A stretch of DNA of 64,000 bases from positions 1 through 64,000 of the forward strand of contig JAVHQC010000016.1 in assembly GCA_036170915.1 (NCBI GenBank), written 5' to 3'. Under the pieces are notes generated by a model that ran no database searches, was not told where the DNA came from, and saw nothing but the letters and a program-made list of their open reading frames with translations. The translations under genes were made by a program, and so were the position numbers. This stretch comes from Cyanobacteria bacterium auto_48_18. Its GTDB lineage: Bacteria; Cyanobacteriota; Vampirovibrionia; Obscuribacterales; Obscuribacteraceae. Position 1 is the stretch's first letter. Each line of letters opens with the position of its first letter. Below are positions 59,742 through 64,000 of this stretch, piece after piece.

Positions 59742-60188
59742 CTAGCTCTCCTCTGCGGCTTGAGAAGCGCTTGCATCTTGCGCTTCAACCATAGCCTGAT
59801 AACTATCGAGGCGACGCTGCAATCGGTTTAAAATTTCACTGAGACGTTTTTTTGTTTGTTCCGGAGATGGAATTAATTCCAAAAACTGACCACGGCCAAG
59901 CAGATGTTCAGTGGCTTCGGCCGCGAGAATATCTTGGGCAAATTTAGCGTAAAACCAGGCCACATTGAGCAGTCTTTCTGCCTGCCAAATTTGCTCTTGA
60001 GCCAATACTTTTATTGATTCTGTCAGGGCTGAATTAGCGTTAGCAATCGACCTTTTCACCACTTCGCTCGAATGATAATCGGCCTCGCGATGCGCCGTTT
60101 GTATGAGAAAAACATACTGCTCGAGTACAGCGGTTCGCTGTATCAACTGTTTCACCTCTTTACTTTTTTTAGTCATTTTCCACAACAT
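59742..60188 (-). CDS. Hypothetical helical protein
   Basis: Tightly spaced between cstA and the 58590 gene; resembles one repeat unit of that gene. Confidence 0.65.
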   Translation of the reverse strand: MLWKMTKKSKEVKQLIQRTAVLEQYVFLIQTAHREADYHSSEVVKRSIANANSALTESIKVLAQEQIWQAERLLNVAWFYAKFAQDILAAEATEHLLGRGQFLELIPSPEQTKKRLSEILNRLQRRLDSYQAMVEAQDASASQAAEES

Positions 60189-60198
60189 TCAAAAATAA

Positions 60199-62370
60199 TC
60201 AGCAGCAGCGCATCGGAGGATTATTCATATCAGAAGCAACACTGTTGTTACCTGCCTCTCTTTGAGCCAGAGCTTCAGTGCTGATTTCCCCGGCCTGGCT
60301 GTGGCTTTCGAGCCTTTCCCTGTCTGGCTTGAGCCAGCTTTTTATTGACTCAAAAAGAATGATCAGAACTAGCACAATAAACAAGCCACCAAGAGCGGCG
60401 TCAAGATAATCATTGAAAATCAGCACGCTGGTGGTGGCACTTTCTTGAGTACTTAGACCAGTCTTAATTTTATTCTCGAGCATATGAGCGTGGGCGAGAA
60501 AACCCAGTTTAGAGTCGGGCGAAAATATTTTCAAATAACCAGCCGTCAGTGTAACTGTAAGCAAAAATGACAGTGGCAGCAGAGTTACCCATGCATACTG
60601 GCGTTTGCCCATAGAGATGATGCAAGAAGTAGCGACACAAAGTGCCACCACGGCGAGCAGCTGATTACTAATTCCAAATAGTGGCCAAAGGCTGTTGATA
60701 CCGCCGAGAGGGTCGATTACACCTTGATAAAGAAAATAACCCCAGCCGCCTACAACCAGCGCTGAACTGAGCACCACAGCGGGGTACCAGTCAGTGCGCC
60801 CTAATGGTTTATATAGCAATCCGAGAAAATCTTGCAAAAGGAAACGGCCCACCCTTGTGCCCGCATCAAGGCAAGTCAAAATAAAGAGTGCTTCGAACAT
60901 AATGGCAAAGTGATACCAGAATGAAATTGTCAATTCCGATAATCCTTTAATTGGCAATGCCGCAAGCACTCGAGCAAATATGTGAGCCATTCCCACAGCC
61001 AGGGTGGGCCCGCCGCCGGTGCGGCCCCAGAGATTTTCTTCGCCCATATCGTGAGCCAGTGTTTGCATTTGCCCATCGCTCACCGGATATCCCCATGAGG
61101 TGATAGTGGCGGCTGCCTGCACATGATTTTCTCCCACCACACCCTTGGGTGAATTGATGGCAAAGTAAGTGCCGGGTGCAATGACGCAAGCTGAAATAAT
61201 GGCCATGATGGCCACGGCCGCTTCGCAGAGCATGCTGGCATAGCCAATCGGACGAGCATGAGTTTCGCGAGCAATCATTTTAGGAGTGGTGCCGGATGCC
61301 ACCAGTGAGTGGAAACCGGAAATGGCACCACAAGCAATGGTGATAAAGCAGAAAGGAAAAATATTGCCATTAAAGAGTGGCCCCTGGCCGTCTACAAATA
61401 TGGTCAGGGCAGGCATTTCTAAATCAGGTCGAAGCAGTAAAATGCCGAAAGCCAGCAAACTGATAATTCCTACTTTCAAAAAGGCTGACAAATAGTCTCG
61501 CGGCGCAAGAAGTATCCAGACTGGTAAAACTGATGCGATGAAGCCATAAACCATGACCGAAATCGCTAGCTGGGTGCCGCTTAAAGTAAAGAAGGCCCCC
61601 CAGGCCGGGTCTTGTGCTACCCATTTTCCTGCCACCACAGCCAGTATCGTCAGGATCACACCGATGGTAGAGCCTTCCATGATTTTTTCCGGCCGCAATA
61701 TTTTCATGTACAGACCTACCGCCATGGCTATAGGTACCGTGGCAAGCAGAGTAAAAGCGCCCCATGGGCTGGCCTTGAGGGCGTTGACAATAACTAAAGC
61801 CAGTACTGCCATTAAGATCATCATGATCAGTAAAATTGCAATTAGAGCAACGAAGCCTGCCAGGGGGCTGATTTCGTCTTTTGCCATTTGCCCCAGTGAC
61901 TTGCCGCCCCGGCGCATGGAAGCGCATAAAATAACAAAGTCTTGCACCGCCCCTGCTACCACAACTCCGACGATTATCCAGAGCGTGCCGGGTAAAAAGC
62001 CAAACTGGGAGGCCAGAATAGGCCCCACTAGCGGACCAGCGCCGGCAATAGCTGCAAAGTGATGGCCGAATAACACCCATTTGTGTGTGGGCACATAATC
62101 TTTGCCATCGTCAACAATTACAGCTGGTGTGGTGTGGCAATCTTGCAGAACAAAAACTTTCTCTGCTAAAAATTTGCTGTAAAAACGATAAGCCACGGCA
62201 AAGGTGCATGAGCTGGCGAGAATGAGCCAGACCGCGTTTACTTTTTCGCCTCGACTGCATGCCAGTGTATAGAGCGAATATAAGGCTATTAGGGCTATTG
62301 GCACCCATATGGCCGCAGCTCTTATTGAACTTCTATTTTTAGACTTTGAGTCAATCACTGGGTCAGTCAT
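60199..62370 (-). CDS. cstA: Carbon starvation CstA-family peptide/pyruvate transporter
   Basis: [60 protein letters not shown] and [13 protein letters not shown]. Confidence 0.96.
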   Translation of the reverse strand: MTDPVIDSKSKNRSSIRAAAIWVPIALIALYSLYTLACSRGEKVNAVWLILASSCTFAVAYRFYSKFLAEKVFVLQDCHTTPAVIVDDGKDYVPTHKWVLFGHHFAAIAGAGPLVGPILASQFGFLPGTLWIIVGVVVAGAVQDFVILCASMRRGGKSLGQMAKDEISPLAGFVALIAILLIMMILMAVLALVIVNALKASPWGAFTLLATVPIAMAVGLYMKILRPEKIMEGSTIGVILTILAVVAGKWVAQDPAWGAFFTLSGTQLAISVMVYGFIASVLPVWILLAPRDYLSAFLKVGIISLLAFGILLLRPDLEMPALTIFVDGQGPLFNGNIFPFCFITIACGAISGFHSLVASGTTPKMIARETHARPIGYASMLCEAAVAIMAIISACVIAPGTYFAINSPKGVVGENHVQAAATITSWGYPVSDGQMQTLAHDMGEENLWGRTGGGPTLAVGMAHIFARVLAALPIKGLSELTISFWYHFAIMFEALFILTCLDAGTRVGRFLLQDFLGLLYKPLGRTDWYPAVVLSSALVVGGWGYFLYQGVIDPLGGINSLWPLFGISNQLLAVVALCVATSCIISMGKRQYAWVTLLPLSFLLTVTLTAGYLKIFSPDSKLGFLAHAHMLENKIKTGLSTQESATTSVLIFNDYLDAALGGLFIVLVLIILFESIKSWLKPDRERLESHSQAGEISTEALAQREAGNNSVASDMNNPPMRCC

Positions 62371-62398
62371 TTTGTATGCGCCGTGTTTCCTTTTACTA

Positions 62399-63691
62399 TC
62401 AAGTCAGAAGACCGGCCAGGGTGGCTGACAAATAAGAAGCGAGGGTGCCGCAAATCAGTGCCTTTACACCAAGCCGGGCCAGATCTTCGCGGCGGTTGGG
62501 GGCAATTTCACCAATGCCGCCAATTTGAATGGCAATGGAAGAGAAATTGGCAAAACCGCAAAGCGCAAATGTAGCGATAGTTTCAGCCTGTGCGGTTAGT
62601 GTATTGGTTGGGCTCTTGAGCATATTAGAAAGATCGGTATAAGCCACAAATTCGTTGATAACCAGCTTCTCGCCCATTAGACGGCCGACTGTGTGAGCGT
62701 CTTGCCAGGGCACGCCTAGAACAAATGCCACAGGAGCAAAAAGTGCGCCGAAGATTCCTTTCAATTCCAGGTGGGCAAGGTCGAGGCCGACGCCATCAAG
62801 GCGCAAACCCCAGATGTACAACCAGTTGCCCGCCCAGCCGATGACAGCGTCGCAGAGCGCAATTAGAGCAATGAAAGCAATGAGCATGCCGACCACATTA
62901 AGGCCAATGCGCAAACCTTCTGAGGCACCATGGGCGGCGGCATCGATAATATTAGCCTGAGTGCGTTTTACTTCTACTTTTACTTCGCCTTGAGTATCTG
63001 AAACTTCAGTTTCGGGCCAGACGATTTTGGCAATCACAAGGGCTCCAGGAGCAGCCATAATGCTGGCTGTAAGCAAGTAGGATGCTTTGATACCAAGGCC
63101 GATATAAACGGCCAACACACCACCAGCCACACAGGCCATAGATCCCGCCATTGATGCCAGCAGTTCCGACATGGTCATTGTGGGCACATAGGGTTTGATC
63201 AAAAGCTGCGCTTCTACCTGACCGACAAAAACCGAACCGGCATTAGAAAGCGCCTCGGCGCCACTGGCACCCATGGTGACAGAAACTATTTTGGCCACGA
63301 TCTGCACAAATTTTTGCATGATGCCGAGGAAATAAGAGATGCTCACCAGGCTGGAGACAAAAATAATTGTGGGTACAACGCGAAAAGCGAAAATATAATC
63401 GGCTCCTGGGCCAAAGACTGCCACTAACTTTTCAGGGTTGTTGACCAGAGGGCCAAAGACAAAACCGGCACCTTTGTCTGAAAAATGCAAAAGCTGAGTA
63501 ATGCCATCGCCCAAACTGCGAAAGAGCATCTGGCCAAACTCAATTTTGAGCACGAAAATTGCCAGGAGCAACTGTAAAACCAAGCCTGAAATCACCAGGC
63601 GATAGTTGATTTTTTTGCGATTGTTCGACATCAGGTAAGCGGTGCCCAGTATGAGCACAAAGCCGACCAGACCCATTAGTTTGGGGGGCAT
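62399..63691 (-). CDS. nupC: Concentrative nucleoside transporter (NupC/CNT family); ATG at 63691 preferred
   Basis: [48 protein letters not shown] and APNRR. Confidence 0.93.
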   Translation of the reverse strand: MPPKLMGLVGFVLILGTAYLMSNNRKKINYRLVISGLVLQLLLAIFVLKIEFGQMLFRSLGDGITQLLHFSDKGAGFVFGPLVNNPEKLVAVFGPGADYIFAFRVVPTIIFVSSLVSISYFLGIMQKFVQIVAKIVSVTMGASGAEALSNAGSVFVGQVEAQLLIKPYVPTMTMSELLASMAGSMACVAGGVLAVYIGLGIKASYLLTASIMAAPGALVIAKIVWPETEVSDTQGEVKVEVKRTQANIIDAAAHGASEGLRIGLNVVGMLIAFIALIALCDAVIGWAGNWLYIWGLRLDGVGLDLAHLELKGIFGALFAPVAFVLGVPWQDAHTVGRLMGEKLVINEFVAYTDLSNMLKSPTNTLTAQAETIATFALCGFANFSSIAIQIGGIGEIAPNRREDLARLGVKALICGTLASYLSATLAGLLT

Positions 63692-63789
63692 GCAGCCTCT
63701 ATTGTCTATTGCTTGCGAATAACCCGGCAACTATAACTCAGTGGCGCCCGCTTATGCCCCGGCGGCTGCTCTGCTTATTTAGCTTTAAG

Positions 63790-63975
63790 GAAGGATCACC
63801 TCAAAAGGGCAGTCTAAAGTTCCATAGTATTTTCTAAAACTTGGCCTTAAGTATAAATTCTGCTGCCCCAAACGTCGACAGGTGCAACCGCCTCGTGGCT
63901 CTGCTCCATCTTAAACTCGGTGGGCAACTCGATAGCTCACGGGCTTATCGAACCGAATACGGTGCCGTGGGCTTA
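63790..63975 (-). ncRNA. ssrS: Probable 6S RNA (ends approximate)
   Basis: About 185 nt non-coding rod. GCCCGTGAG pairs with CTTAAGGC, analogous to E. coli CCCCTGAG/TTCAAGGG; a central bubble; inner helix GTTGCCC/GGGCAGC; outer GTATT/AATAC. Confidence 0.6.
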
Positions 63976-64000
63976 CAATTACGATAATTTGTACAGAATG

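Noticed and set aside
60199..60201. TGA after RCC as a selenocysteine codon
   Set aside because: Both cysteines are already encoded by TGC, no SECIS-like hairpin is evident, and the next gene starts about 10 nt later.
61424..62080. 218-aa alternative-frame ORF inside cstA, and similar nested or antisense ORFs such as 18272-18979
   Set aside because: Shadow ORFs of well-supported genes, with no recognisable motifs.
63793..63802. GGATCACCTC resembles the 16S rRNA 3' end
   Set aside because: Lacks the CCTCCTT anti-SD continuation and any upstream 16S sequence; a chance match.

Overview
A gene-dense chromosomal window with about 47 CDS and no integrase, transposase, CRISPR array, phage gene or rRNA that I could recognise. 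Gene content suggests a non-photosynthetic cyanobacterial relative, probably Vampirovibrionia (Melainabacteria) of the Obscuribacterales type; this is inference from cyanobacteria-like housekeeping genes, a candidate cyanobacterial-type 6S RNA, many secreted TPR/helical proteins and a kinase-TM-LRR receptor. Recognisable genes are purB, malQ, rsmG, sbcC, cstA, a NupC-family transporter and tRNA-Pro(UGG). The window also holds several two-component proteins, a SpoIID, a penicillin acylase-family hydrolase, a DUF3160 protein, a patatin, a vWA protein and a TPR-CHAT protease. The most notable observations are: a stand-alone AbiTii-like gene coupled to a secreted metalloprotease; a multicopper-oxidase-fold protein that has lost most copper ligands; a membrane-anchored 24-heptad coiled coil with a proline stripe; a J-domain lacking HPD fused to MshEN-like repeats; a frameshift-split kinase-TM-LRR receptor; a CstA ending in the RCC tail typical of its absent YbdD/YjiX partner; and a probable 6S RNA. 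All family calls come from reading motifs by eye; no searches were run.
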